Shown piece by piece: positions 20,114 through 30,213 of a DNA stretch of 64,000 nt. The notes under the pieces are model-generated. The model searched no databases. It worked only from the letters and a program-made list of their open reading frames with translations, and had not been told where the DNA came from. The stretch is from a virus. The stretch lies in IMG/VR virus record IMGVR_UViG_3300048573_000442; one strand, given 5' to 3'. Numbering within the stretch: the first letter of the stretch is position 1; the number at the start of each line of letters is the position of its first letter. Position numbers and translations under genes: made by a program.

Positions 20114-23100
20114 TTGCGTTGGTCACCGCATCTAGTCGACTTTTTATAATACCCGAGTTCGTTATCTTTGTTAATGCTCTACGAACAGCAGGGCGATTCA
20201 TTTGGTGGGAAACTGAAGTGTTCAAGTCGAGGTCGATTCCGATGGCACTTAGCAGTCGGGAAACTATTGCAGTTGCATCTTCTTCTGGCTCAATTGCTTC
20301 TGAAACTTTTGAAATATTTTTGCCACCTACTGTAATGACGCCCAACTGTTCAGCCATTGAGGTAAACAGTAAACGAATTTCGCTATCATCCGCAATAATA
20401 GCGGCTGAAGCTTTAATGCCTGCCTTTAATGCTCGGGCTGCAGATGTAGTGATTGTTTCTGGAAGCCCCAAAGTATCCAAAACATCGAACACTTCTTGTT
20501 GATATTTGTTAGTCAGCTGTTTACCAAAATTCGATTGTTCAGTCACTCCACCTGCGGCCAAAGAATCTAGCGCATTGGTAAGTTTAGTTGTCCACATTTT
20601 GAATGCACTGTTCTTCTTAAACATTTTACTTGCACTGACTATGCCGTCGCGAAGTTCGCTTTTGTGCAATTCGAGGGCTCCAACAGGTGCACCCAAGGAA
20701 ATCATAATGGAAATAACTGCTTGATCTGCAACAGCCGGGAAAAAGGAAGATAGTTCCTTTGACTTGGCATCAAGTTTTCCAGATTTTAAACCAACTTTTA
20801 CGGGTTCTCGTTTTCCCGGTTTATTCTTAGCTTCAGAAAGCATTTTATTCTTAAATTTTTGCCCAAATGTTTCCACGGTTTGCTCCTTGTTTATTTTTTT
20901 CTTTTTTGTTGGCGGTTGTTCGTCGTCTTCTAACTCGTCGTTTTGTTCATCCTCAAGTTCATCTGTGTCATCTGTGTCGTCCTCAAGCTCATCTTCTTGG
21001 CCATCAGATTCATCCTCGGGCTCTTGCTCAAGCTTATCTGCGTCATCTTCAAGTTCATCTTCTTGGCTATCCGGTTCATCTTCAAGTTCATCAGGCTCTT
21101 GCTCTAGTTCGCCTTCTTCGCCATCAGAGTGATCTTCTGACTCTTCTTTGTCATCTTCCTCTTCATCAGATTTTGTTCCGAGGAAAATATCCGGTTCATC
21201 TTCACCTTGACTGGATTCTCCATCGACATCTTTATCTATCTGCTTATCTAGCGTTAGGTCTACGCCTTCTGACTCATCTGGAACTTCGGCTGTCTCAACC
21301 TCTGACTCATCTGGCGCTTCTGACTCATCTGGAACCTCTGACTCATCTGACACTTCTGGAACTTCTGGCTGCTTTGGCCATTCGACATCAATAATATCAT
21401 AAGTGTTCGCAAGATTGTTAATAACAATTTCAGCATCATCTTCTTTCCCCAGGCTATCGGCTAATGCTTTTTCGAAATCATCAGCGTGTTGAGCATTAAC
21501 CCAGACCTTCATAATTGACCCGTCACTGTTTTCCATTCCGAAAGCAACGCTATCAACTTCGTCATTAATCTCATGCGCTTTCTGAAGATACTTGCTTACA
21601 TCCATCTGGGAGTTTGCATTGTTCACTGTAATGTTATTGCGCAGAGTTTTAAATTCTGGATCTTTTACTGCAGAAGAATTGTCGTCTACGTCTTTTGCAA
21701 ACTTGATATCATTAAACGAAGAAAAACTCTCTGGAACAGTCGACGGAAACATTCCACTGCGTTTAAACTTTGCAGCTTTTTGGAATTTTCGAACTTTGCT
21801 AACTATGGGCTTACCACCTTTAAAAATTCTCTTTTCCACTGGCTCTACTGCAGAAGACGTCGTTGTTGCTTCTGCTTCTCCGTCTTCATTGACAGCTCGA
21901 AGTAAATTAAATTTCATGTTTTCCTCTTTAAAAAGCGATGTTAGAACCCGGCCGTATAGAGCAAGAACCAACTCTTCTGGCGTAGAACTTGCAGATACAG
22001 ATTTTTTAAGTTTTGCAATATCTGCTTTTGTTTCTGCGAAAGATGTTAGAGTTCGGCCTATTACATCTGGACTCATTCCGATCTGCTTGCCGGTTTTTAA
22101 ATTCAGCTTGATTTCTGTCGCAGTCGATTTAAATTTTTGCAGTTCCGCCTCTATATCAGAGTCTGCAGACCCAAGAATTGCCAAAATCTTGGCCTTTACC
22201 GAATGCACGCTGGTAATATTTAAACTAGCCGCAAGTTCTTTTGCCGTGGCTTGGGCATCAATGCCTTTTAACTTGCTAACAAACTTTTTAGCGGTTGATG
22301 TTACAGCCAATTCCTTAGCGCCAAGTAGGGAAGCAATACGTATTTTTGACTGGCCCAAAATTCCGCCCCTATCATCTATTGGCGCATCCTGATCAGAAGT
22401 TCTAATAGGACCGGAAATAGAATTTCTGATGGAACTGTTAAATGAATTTATTGCCGTGAAAGTATCCTTATCTACTAACTTAGCTTGTTCTCCGCTCTTT
22501 GGGTCCCTGATAACTATACCTTCGACTCCGAGGTCTTCATCAGGGTGCAGTAAATCGGTTTGCAATGCAGGTTTAATCTTACGAACTAAGGTGTTTAGCA
22601 ATAAGTCTTTAATTGGCTTTTTATATTTTGAAAGCAGGAAATCATTTATGCGCTGACGCTCTGTTTTTACGACTTCGCGATCAGCTTTACCGATTGACCC
22701 CAAATTTATTTCTGCCACGTCCCCGTTAGTCTTGCTTCTAAGCTTCGTGTTCTTCTCGCTTAAGAATTTCTTTAATGATTCTAACATGCGGCCAACTTCA
22801 TGGAGGTCCACATGCTTTAGACTAATTGGTGAAACCTCTACAATTTGCCACTGCATTTTAACATCTGAAGAAGTCAGTTTCTCTCCGTCATCAGAACTGA
22901 TCACAGTTGAGGTTACGCCAATAGTCTTCTTGTTGAGCAACTTTGAAAGCTTTTCAAAACGTTCTGTTGCTGAACTGTCAACAGCGCGAAGCATTACTAT
23001 GAAGTTTTTATCATCAACTCCATATGTAACGGTGTTTGGTTGGCGACCAAACATGATTTCGACTTCTATTAAATCGCCTTCTTTTAAGATTTGGGTAATC

Positions 23101-23375
23101 TGTGATTTTACCGTTTCTAGAGCTATGTGTGCAGCCCTGAAACCATTATATGCTGCCACTGCAACATAATCTGTTTCACTATAAAATCTCGAAGATTTTG
23201 AAGATTTTCCTTCGCGCGAAGTAAAAAACCCTTTATCATCATAACCAAACCATAGATTTGAACCATCAAGTTTTTCGGTTATGATTTTTTCTTTAAGGGT
23301 TTCAACTGTTTTGATGAACTGCTGAATTGACAGATCTTCGAGGTGAGCTATTCCTTCGTGTAGTATTGTTTGCAT
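20058..23375 (-). CDS. Large protein: N-terminal ligase-type nucleotidyltransferase domain, acidic linker, C-terminal helical repeats; probable internal head protein
   Basis: Motif I EKLDG, motif IV EGIVI, motif V KLVDK; Asp/Glu-rich tract; late promoter upstream. Confidence 0.55.
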   Translation of the reverse strand: MQTILHEGIAHLEDLSIQQFIKTVETLKEKIITEKLDGSNLWFGYDDKGFFTSREGKSSKSSRFYSETDYVAVAAYNGFRAAHIALETVKSQITQILKEGDLIEVEIMFGRQPNTVTYGVDDKNFIVMLRAVDSSATERFEKLSKLLNKKTIGVTSTVISSDDGEKLTSSDVKMQWQIVEVSPISLKHVDLHEVGRMLESLKKFLSEKNTKLRSKTNGDVAEINLGSIGKADREVVKTERQRINDFLLSKYKKPIKDLLLNTLVRKIKPALQTDLLHPDEDLGVEGIVIRDPKSGEQAKLVDKDTFTAINSFNSSIRNSISGPIRTSDQDAPIDDRGGILGQSKIRIASLLGAKELAVTSTAKKFVSKLKGIDAQATAKELAASLNITSVHSVKAKILAILGSADSDIEAELQKFKSTATEIKLNLKTGKQIGMSPDVIGRTLTSFAETKADIAKLKKSVSASSTPEELVLALYGRVLTSLFKEENMKFNLLRAVNEDGEAEATTTSSAVEPVEKRIFKGGKPIVSKVRKFQKAAKFKRSGMFPSTVPESFSSFNDIKFAKDVDDNSSAVKDPEFKTLRNNITVNNANSQMDVSKYLQKAHEINDEVDSVAFGMENSDGSIMKVWVNAQHADDFEKALADSLGKEDDAEIVINNLANTYDIIDVEWPKQPEVPEVSDESEVPDESEAPDESEVETAEVPDESEGVDLTLDKQIDKDVDGESSQGEDEPDIFLGTKSDEEEDDKEESEDHSDGEEGELEQEPDELEDEPDSQEDELEDDADKLEQEPEDESDGQEDELEDDTDDTDELEDEQNDELEDDEQPPTKKKKINKEQTVETFGQKFKNKMLSEAKNKPGKREPVKVGLKSGKLDAKSKELSSFFPAVADQAVISIMISLGAPVGALELHKSELRDGIVSASKMFKKNSAFKMWTTKLTNALDSLAAGGVTEQSNFGKQLTNKYQQEVFDVLDTLGLPETITTSAARALKAGIKASAAIIADDSEIRLLFTSMAEQLGVITVGGKNISKVSEAIEPEEDATAIVSRLLSAIGIDLDLNTSVSHQMNRPAVRRALTKITNSGIIKSRLDAVTNAIEEKTIIFAAKSPIDAKI
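21268..21354 (-). repeat. Intragenic near-tandem repeat (TCTGACTCATCTG, four copies, mostly 18-bp period) encoding (V/A)PDESE-type units
   Basis: Copies start at 21268, 21301, 21319 and 21337. Confidence 0.8.
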
Positions 23376-23390
23376 GCTAAACTCTTTTTA

Positions 23391-23431
23391 CAATATGGCG
23401 GTCAACTATTTATGGTTTAACCGCCACATTG
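23391..23431 (-). promoter_or_regulatory. Late promoter core (23407-23413) in the loop of a 12-bp inverted repeat
   Basis: CAATATGGCGGT ... TATTTAT ... ACCGCCACATTG (one mismatch). Confidence 0.6.
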
Positions 23432-23443
23432 CGAAGTAAACAA

Positions 23444-24784
23444 TCAAGCATTCATCAAACCAAGGATCCCCTTAGTCTCCGACCCATCGGAGACTTTTGT
23501 CGTTTCAAATAAAGGATTGGCTCCATTCATTTTTCGCAATGGCTGCTTAAATGCCAACTGTTTTTCCGAAGATTTTAATGACGAAATGTTTAGGGAGATT
23601 GGGTCCCATGCAAGTAGCTTTGTTACGCCTGCGCCTGCAGAGTTCCGATTCTTAATACCGGTAAATGCAATTTCCCCGGCAGCCCTCATGAGATCATCCT
23701 GCTTAATACCGATAGTATTGTCAGAGGTGTTAATCTTACTGATGCCGCCCTGAATATGTGCTTGTGTCTGCTTCTCAGCATCAATAGCACTTCGACCAAG
23801 CTGAGAAGAGGAAATTATAATAGCGTTATAGTCAAAACCGAGGCTTCGTAATTCAGTTGCAACATATTTGTCTTTAATAAACATGTTATCATGCGACACA
23901 TTTAAACTTGTGCCTAGAATATCCAAATAGTCTACGACGATAAAGTCTATTGTTACTCCAGTTGTTTGAACCAATTGCTGTAGATAAGAACGAATCGTAT
24001 TCGCATTAGTTCGATCTTCTGGCATGCGTTTGATAAAGAATTGCCCCATTTTCTTTGAAGCATTCTGAATAGAAGCAGCGACTTTATGAATTTCTTTTAG
24101 CAGTGCATCTTGGCCAACCATGCTAATCATCGAATCCAGCCGCTTTGAAACGGAACCTTCTGACATTTCAAGAGAGATATAAACCCCGTTTAAACCTTGA
24201 GCTAGAAGGTTCTTTGATAGGTTTAACTTTGTCATTGATTTGCCACCTCCAGAGTTTGCAGCAAATAAGATGAGCTCTTGTCTACCAAGACCACCGCCAA
24301 TTAAGTCATCAAGCTCTTTCCAACCGGTTGAAATCTTTGACTGTGTGACTAAAGTTTCCTGAAGTCGTGCTTCAGGGTCGTCAAAATAATCCATGCCCAA
24401 ATCTTTTACAAGCCCGACTGCAACTGCCTCTTTCAGCGTCTCAAGCACTTTACCAAATTCGCCCTTCTGAATGAGTTCAGGACTTTTCAAGACTGCTTCG
24501 GTCATTGCACGATTTCGGCAAAATTCTTCGATTTCATCTGCTAAAAATTTAGCTTCAGCTTTAGAAACTTCGCCGATTTCTGGTAAAACTATGCCAGTTT
24601 CTGCACGCAGAACTTCTTGACGTGGAACGTCTTTATATTTTACAAAATACTCTTTTACAAAATCTACTGACTTCTTTAAAGTCGGGTCAAAATACGATGG
24701 TTTGACAATGCCATTACATACAGCAAGCAGATCTTTGCTATTAACTAGGGCAGATACGAGTAAGCGTTGTTTTTCAAGTTCCAC
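23444..24784 (-). CDS. gp41: Replicative DnaB-like helicase (T4 gp41-like)
   Basis: Walker A AANSGGGKS, ISLEM, Walker B IVVDYLD, SSQLGR, KNRN. Confidence 0.92.
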   Translation of the reverse strand: MELEKQRLLVSALVNSKDLLAVCNGIVKPSYFDPTLKKSVDFVKEYFVKYKDVPRQEVLRAETGIVLPEIGEVSKAEAKFLADEIEEFCRNRAMTEAVLKSPELIQKGEFGKVLETLKEAVAVGLVKDLGMDYFDDPEARLQETLVTQSKISTGWKELDDLIGGGLGRQELILFAANSGGGKSMTKLNLSKNLLAQGLNGVYISLEMSEGSVSKRLDSMISMVGQDALLKEIHKVAASIQNASKKMGQFFIKRMPEDRTNANTIRSYLQQLVQTTGVTIDFIVVDYLDILGTSLNVSHDNMFIKDKYVATELRSLGFDYNAIIISSSQLGRSAIDAEKQTQAHIQGGISKINTSDNTIGIKQDDLMRAAGEIAFTGIKNRNSAGAGVTKLLAWDPISLNISSLKSSEKQLAFKQPLRKMNGANPLFETTKVSDGSETKGILGLMNA

Positions 24785-25004
24785 TATTTAGCTCCATTTT
24801 CTGTAATTTACTATGCGCGGTTTCTAGGATGTTTATGATTAAGTCAGATGCTCCATCGGTCGCTTTGCAAAGATCTAATACGTCAAGTACATCAGATGCG
24901 CTCAGGCTGCTCGTATCCCACTTCTCAACATATGGTTTAAGACATGGATATAGTTCATCACTGGGCGCTGCCAGCAGAAGCTGTTTAATATATTCTATTT
25001 GCAT
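24774..25004 (-). CDS. Hypothetical protein
   Basis: 76-aa ORF overlapping primase and helicase. Confidence 0.5.
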   Translation of the reverse strand: MQIEYIKQLLLAAPSDELYPCLKPYVEKWDTSSLSASDVLDVLDLCKATDGASDLIINILETAHSKLQKMELNSGT

Positions 25005-25966
25005 TTAAGTTTTATTTGAAGATAGGCATCATCACCCGAAGTTATGTTTTTCATGAGCTCGTTTATGGTCCAAATCGAACCAAAACGTTCAGCCGATTTG
25101 TTTATATCTGCTGCGCCATTAGGAACGAACACTATTTCCCATCCATTTGATAAAGCATCCATTCCCAATTTTGCGCCGTTTTGGTCTTTATCAATTACAA
25201 AAACCAATCTCCTGCGGCTAGCAGCCAAAAGCTGCTTCTTTGCAGCAGTTAATTTGCTTCCGAGTATAGCAACGCCTTTACAAATGAAGGCGTCAAAAAC
25301 GCCCTCGCATACAAACAGCGGACCGTCAGAGTGATGATTTAGGCGATCCATGTTAAATATGGCCGCTTCTTTTGATGCTGGGCAATTCTCATATCTACGC
25401 TTTGCTAATGGGTCGATAGATCGCGCCTGCCAATAGATTATATTACCGTTCCTATAGTAGGGGATAATAATGCGGTTCAACATTTTTTCCTCTAAGCTAA
25501 AATAGAATGGGTAGCTATCTATTGGTATTCTTCTGCTTATAAGATATTGAACCAACTTGACTTGGTAGTCGATAAACTCAGAATGCCCGAGCCGCATTGA
25601 GCCCTTTGGCAAGTTTACGGTAGGCGTGTCCGTATTGACTTGTGTTACGCTTGCTAATGAAATATTTTTCTCAACTGGTCTAAAAAACCCAGCGTTTGAA
25701 ACTTCTGATAGTTCGTCTTTAGTTGCCCCGAATGCGAGTAAAATTTCTCGCATTTTTTTAGATAGCGGCTGACCGTCAACAAATCTAGCGGTAGTTGAAC
25801 AGTTGAAACAATTATAGGCTCCTCCGTCAGAACTGAATTTAAATCCGGCTCGGTCCTTATAATCATTACACAGAGGGCATTTGCCAGTTAGCCAGCCGGT
25901 AGAACCTAGCTTAAAATGAACGTGGCGCTGAATTAGTTGCTCGACTGTTGGGATGTTAGCTATCAT
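24995..25966 (-). CDS. gp61: DNA primase (T4 gp61-like)
   Basis: Zn ribbon CPLC...YNCFNC, RIIIP, YWQAR, TOPRIM VCEGVFDA and DKD. Confidence 0.92.
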   Translation of the reverse strand: MIANIPTVEQLIQRHVHFKLGSTGWLTGKCPLCNDYKDRAGFKFSSDGGAYNCFNCSTTARFVDGQPLSKKMREILLAFGATKDELSEVSNAGFFRPVEKNISLASVTQVNTDTPTVNLPKGSMRLGHSEFIDYQVKLVQYLISRRIPIDSYPFYFSLEEKMLNRIIIPYYRNGNIIYWQARSIDPLAKRRYENCPASKEAAIFNMDRLNHHSDGPLFVCEGVFDAFICKGVAILGSKLTAAKKQLLAASRRRLVFVIDKDQNGAKLGMDALSNGWEIVFVPNGAADINKSAERFGSIWTINELMKNITSGDDAYLQIKLKCK

Positions 25967-26529
25967 TTATGTATTTTTCGAATACCGAACATAACTTTAG
26001 AAGGATAGTAGTGCGTACGCTCATTCAAATGTTTAGCACCACCAGGACCCTGATTATAAGCTAAAGCGAGTTGCCTCGGAGTCTTAAATCCGTAGGTTTT
26101 CATCAACAACAAGTATTTACTCGCTACTGCTAGATTAAAAATATCATCTTCTATGAGGCGCTTTTTAATTTGCGCATCCGTTTTCAAGTTTGGTCCAAAC
26201 CTTATTTTCATGCTAGGGAACCTGTCTAGAACATCTCGCGCTGCGCTAACTTTTATCTGTCCTACGCCATAGTAACTCGTCGGTTTTAACCCGTTACGAT
26301 TTTCGCCTGCATTTGATTCTTGGAGAATTATGCCCTGAAGAAGATAGGGGAAATCGTGACCATCCCTTTTGGCGATATCGAACGCCATATGTAATAAATT
26401 TTTCTGCTTAACAGATAATTCTGAAGATAGCTTTAAAGATGGCAGATCAACTGGGACATCGAGCGACATCGTCACTGGCGAAACTGCGAATAAGCATAAT
26501 GCCAAAAGCAAATGGACTATTTGTTTCAT
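25963..26529 (-). CDS. Secreted/SAR-type lytic transglycosylase (SLT)
   Basis: N-terminal hydrophobic signal, catalytic LQES, GVGQIK, N.AVASKYL and AYNQG. Confidence 0.8.
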   Translation of the reverse strand: MKQIVHLLLALCLFAVSPVTMSLDVPVDLPSLKLSSELSVKQKNLLHMAFDIAKRDGHDFPYLLQGIILQESNAGENRNGLKPTSYYGVGQIKVSAARDVLDRFPSMKIRFGPNLKTDAQIKKRLIEDDIFNLAVASKYLLLMKTYGFKTPRQLALAYNQGPGGAKHLNERTHYYPSKVMFGIRKIHK

Positions 26530-26568
26530 AATTTTTGAAAAAAGATAAGCTGCTAAGCAGCGGGGCAG

Positions 26569-26575
26569 TATTTAT
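26569..26575 (-). promoter_or_regulatory. Late promoter core ATAAATA upstream of the SLT gene
   Basis: Intergenic TATTTAT on + strand. Confidence 0.6.
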
Positions 26576-26666
26576 CCTAAGCTAGTAGAATGTCTGCGCG
26601 CGTCATTTATTGTACCATGATTTTGAGCCGGATATGATTAAGGCCTACATTGTAGGCCCTAATATT

Positions 26667-27611
26667 TTACAAGCTGTTAATTTGATCTAGAATTTCTAGA
26701 GTGCTATATTTGGCACGTAAAATCCCAATAACTGCTTTCTTGTTCCGGAGTCGACGACTGCTATTGGATGCAATCAAGTTATCAATTGCGCCAAGTCGTT
26801 CAGCAACCTGATAGAGTCGATATTCGCCTAGAGTCTCAAGACCATCGGATGAAAGGTTTACGATTTCCTCTGGGTCAACAACAGAAGATGAAGTAAGAAT
26901 GTCACTTTTCTGAGCAGATTCAACATCAACTTCGCCAACCACAACATACTCAGAACAGCGACCCTTTGCTCGATTGTAGTCGTTCGGGATACTGACCACA
27001 TTCTTGGGATTGATCTTTAGGATCATTACTCGCCGACCGCTGAAGTTTGACAGGTAGGTATAGGAACAGAAATGCAGACCATTGCTACACTCATTGCGTC
27101 GATCTGCATCAACGAAGACCCGATCCATCTTTGGATTCTCGCCCACCTTATTCGAGATGGTCCCACTATGAACATCCATGTAATCCAAACGAACTTTCTT
27201 ATATGCTAGGAAATCGCCATCAGGAGTGATAGGCAAATCATTCTGATCCAGGAATTCAAACAGCTCTTGGCGTGATTCTGCACTGGGGTTGAGCATGACA
27301 TTTTCCAAAAAATTTGTCATTGGAGTGATGTCAAAGCCTTCTTCAAACATACTCAGAATTCGCTTAGAGATACCATCACCCATGACGGTATTTTTATACC
27401 AGACATCGTTGTCAATGATTTTGATATTCGATCCATTGGTATATGAAACAATAACTTCTTTGGGGCTTACAAGTCCGGGGATCAAATCCCATTCCTTGTT
27501 TTTGATTGCCTCGCGAAGTTGAGCATACCCCAGTTGACCTTCAGCCAGGGTATATGGTTGGTTTTTGACGACAATGGTGATGCGATTGCCTTGAATTTGA
27601 TATGGATACAT
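26667..27611 (-). CDS. rIIB: rIIB-like protein
   Basis: ITPDGDFLAYKKV and D.DRRNECSNGLHFCS...KINPKNVVSIP.DYN..KGRC; lies downstream of rIIA. Confidence 0.9.
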   Translation of the reverse strand: MYPYQIQGNRITIVVKNQPYTLAEGQLGYAQLREAIKNKEWDLIPGLVSPKEVIVSYTNGSNIKIIDNDVWYKNTVMGDGISKRILSMFEEGFDITPMTNFLENVMLNPSAESRQELFEFLDQNDLPITPDGDFLAYKKVRLDYMDVHSGTISNKVGENPKMDRVFVDADRRNECSNGLHFCSYTYLSNFSGRRVMILKINPKNVVSIPNDYNRAKGRCSEYVVVGEVDVESAQKSDILTSSSVVDPEEIVNLSSDGLETLGEYRLYQVAERLGAIDNLIASNSSRRLRNKKAVIGILRAKYSTLEILDQINSL

Positions 27612-27626
27612 GATAAAACTTTCGGT

Positions 27627-29840
27627 TTAGTAGGACAGAGAAACTAAATTGTACACGGATTTTACAACATTGAAAAATTCTTTTGTGTCGCGATGCTTTA
27701 TGCATGTTGCATAAGAGTCCAACCTATTTAACATTTTGTCGACTTCAACAAACCGATCGATCCGTTTGGTATCGATATTACAAAGACTTTCAGCCTTCTC
27801 TTTTGTCATTGGGAAATATTTCGCTGCTGCAACCATTAAACGGGCGCTAACGGAAAATTCGCTATTAGAAATGCCACTAGTATTTTTGTTAAGAAGATGG
27901 ATTTCGTTGCTCAACTTAGTGACAATAGCAATAGCGGGTTCATCCCCGATAACATCAGAAGTAACTTGTTTTTCAACAGACTCAATTACTTCCCTAAATT
28001 GGCTGTGTTTGACATTATTATATTGCTGGTTAATAGATTTAATTTTATCAACAATAAAGATATTGCGGTTAGTGGAACTCTGCATCCAGAAATCAAGTTT
28101 CTTAGCAAAGTGTTCCTCAAAATTTAGCGCATTGCTTAGATCGACAGTTGTTGGCATGTAAACGCCAACAATTTGGAACTTGAAACCGGTCTGGCCAGCA
28201 AAGTAGACTAATTGTCCCATTTCATCGAAATACATTTTATCAAGTTTCGGCTTCTTATTTGACAGCTCAACATAAAACACAGGAACGGTGTAATCAACCA
28301 AGTGCTCTTTTTTCTTTGCAGCACCAAATGAAATTGACGCATTGCTCTTATCGATTTTGACATTAGCCTGATAGATGCTGTGGTATTTGCGATCCTTGAG
28401 TTTAACCGTCAAGATCTCACTTGCCAGGATACACTTGAACCCGAGTCGCTCAATGATTTCCTTGGCGGTTTTTGCATCCTTAATAGTGCGACCACCTGGG
28501 GCAAGCTGCTTTAGAGACTCGAATACAAGTACTGGCTTTGCATTAGGATATACAGTCAGAATATCTTTAGCACCAATGCCAGTGACATCTTGGATCACAA
28601 AAATGCTAGTCTTTCCATTTGGCACAATATTGTTCTGCCCCTTTGGCAAGTTTGCGAAATCGAATGTATAGAAGTTCTTTGTTTCGTTTTGGAATATATA
28701 ACTCTTCATCAAATCTCGAAATGAAAATTTCTTTTCAAGGATTGCATCGATTTCTGAATTTTGCTGAAACATGCGCTGATCGACACCAGTTTCCGATGCA
28801 GTCTTTGCTCGCAGAGTGATGAATTCCTGAGCCTTCTGAACCGCTTCAGAAAAGGTAAGTTCATCAAAATCAGATTCTTTGAGTTCTGGAAGAATGTCAA
28901 TGAATTCCTGCCTTGCAGACAAGAATGCCGAAGAAATAGCATTGAGCGTCTTCTTAGTGTACTGAAGCTCTTCTCGCGAAGGAGTAAAATCGACTGCGCC
29001 CATTTTAACCAACGCCGCGACCGTTACATTCACCTGGCCGGAAATTCGAATGCAAGCCAGGAAAGAAGAAATACTTGGAACCTTTTTTACCTCTGGGTTG
29101 TTGATATCAATTGGATATTCGACTCCTCCCATAACAATAGAAGCCAGGGTAGAACCGTTGTATGTAGACGACTGGCTTTTGGTAAGCACCAAAGAAGCAA
29201 GCTTTGTCTGCTCAGGTAACACCACCGAACGACCAATGAACTTAGGTTTTACTGTATCAAACCAGCAGTATACTTGTTTGGCAGCAACTTCAAATTTGCT
29301 CTGATCAATACCGGGGACATTGAATCGAACTTCAATACCGTTTGGTTCATCCGTTGCCATAGCAAACATCTTGGCAATTGATGGCTCACTGTTGTCATTG
29401 ATGAAAACGGAGTAGATAGTCTTGGTACCATTGAACCAAGAAGTAACCATGAAGCTTTGGGTATATGCAAATGGACTCTTTGAACCAAGCCCCAAGCAAC
29501 CTACCGCATCATTGTTGGTTTCTTTTGTTGACTTGAAATAGCGAGTATAGACAGTTTTAATGTCTTTATCGCTCAAGCCAGTACCATAGTCTCGAATCCA
29601 GAATTCTGGTTCCATGCTAGTTGGCAGATGAACATCAAATGGAATGCTCTCATTCCCTACATCAACATGGGCATCACGGGCATTACATGAAAGCTCACGA
29701 ATGATGCTGCGAACCTTGTCTTTGTACAGACTAGAGGAAAGAACAACGAAAGCCTTGGCTGATTGTTCAATCGAGAATGTCGTGGTCTCCATCTGATGAG
29801 ACATCTCGACAAGGTGCTGGGGTTTATTATCAATGATCAT
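27627..29840 (-). CDS. rIIA: rIIA-like protein (GHKL ATPase N-terminus)
   Basis: SSLYKDK..SIIRELSCNARDAH, DYGTGLS, YFKSTK and GCLGLGSKSPFAY. Confidence 0.92.
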   Translation of the reverse strand: MIIDNKPQHLVEMSHQMETTTFSIEQSAKAFVVLSSSLYKDKVRSIIRELSCNARDAHVDVGNESIPFDVHLPTSMEPEFWIRDYGTGLSDKDIKTVYTRYFKSTKETNNDAVGCLGLGSKSPFAYTQSFMVTSWFNGTKTIYSVFINDNSEPSIAKMFAMATDEPNGIEVRFNVPGIDQSKFEVAAKQVYCWFDTVKPKFIGRSVVLPEQTKLASLVLTKSQSSTYNGSTLASIVMGGVEYPIDINNPEVKKVPSISSFLACIRISGQVNVTVAALVKMGAVDFTPSREELQYTKKTLNAISSAFLSARQEFIDILPELKESDFDELTFSEAVQKAQEFITLRAKTASETGVDQRMFQQNSEIDAILEKKFSFRDLMKSYIFQNETKNFYTFDFANLPKGQNNIVPNGKTSIFVIQDVTGIGAKDILTVYPNAKPVLVFESLKQLAPGGRTIKDAKTAKEIIERLGFKCILASEILTVKLKDRKYHSIYQANVKIDKSNASISFGAAKKKEHLVDYTVPVFYVELSNKKPKLDKMYFDEMGQLVYFAGQTGFKFQIVGVYMPTTVDLSNALNFEEHFAKKLDFWMQSSTNRNIFIVDKIKSINQQYNNVKHSQFREVIESVEKQVTSDVIGDEPAIAIVTKLSNEIHLLNKNTSGISNSEFSVSARLMVAAAKYFPMTKEKAESLCNIDTKRIDRFVEVDKMLNRLDSYATCIKHRDTKEFFNVVKSVYNLVSLSY

Positions 29841-30127
29841 TTTGTAGAAGTAAAAAGTAATTTAAAACGTTTAAACAAAGTTGGCTCAAAGTAAATGGCA
29901 TCTGGTCCGCATTTTCCATGCAATTGTCGGCAAGTATAAGGATTTCGCTTTTCCTTATCCAGGCCATAACAATCTGTGTACTTTTTGCCAGTCACCAAAT
30001 CAATTTTATACGGTATATCATCCCCAAAACTTGCCTTACAAATCCTATGGTCCCAAATACCGGCATTAGTAACCCCAAGATGTTTGCAGTCTTTACAAAT
30101 TTTCACCTCAGCTGATGGTTTAGTCAT
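29837..30127 (-). CDS. Cys-rich small protein, paralog copy 1
   Basis: CKDCKH...C...DLVTGK...C...C...CGP.A.YFEP; closely similar to 30210-30500. Confidence 0.7.
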   Translation of the reverse strand: MTKPSAEVKICKDCKHLGVTNAGIWDHRICKASFGDDIPYKIDLVTGKKYTDCYGLDKEKRNPYTCRQLHGKCGPDAIYFEPTLFKRFKLLFTSTK

Positions 30128-30213
30128 GATTGTACTTTGGTCAAAATTTTACCTTCTGATTCAAACGAGGCAATGTCTTTATTGTTTTTCATGTATTGGA
30201 TGAGTGTTGTCAT
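30124..30213 (-). CDS. 29-aa peptide between the duplicated genes
   Basis: MTTLIQYMKNNKDIASFESEGKILTKVQS; ATGA overlaps at both ends. Confidence 0.4.
   Translation of the reverse strand: MTTLIQYMKNNKDIASFESEGKILTKVQS

Noticed and set aside
20065-22656. Long + strand ORFs (e.g. 21592-22392, 20867-21394, 20764-21132)
   Set aside because: These are antisense shadows of the 1105-aa gene, with low-complexity Ser-rich translations and no RBS.
23444-24784. Intein in the helicase or polymerase
   Set aside because: The helicase has normal length, and no Cys/Ser...His-Asn intein termini were seen in either gene.
26642-26658. GGCCTACA-T-TGTAGGCC hairpin as a terminator
   Set aside because: There is no U-tract on the strand of the upstream rIIB gene and the loop is too small to call confidently.
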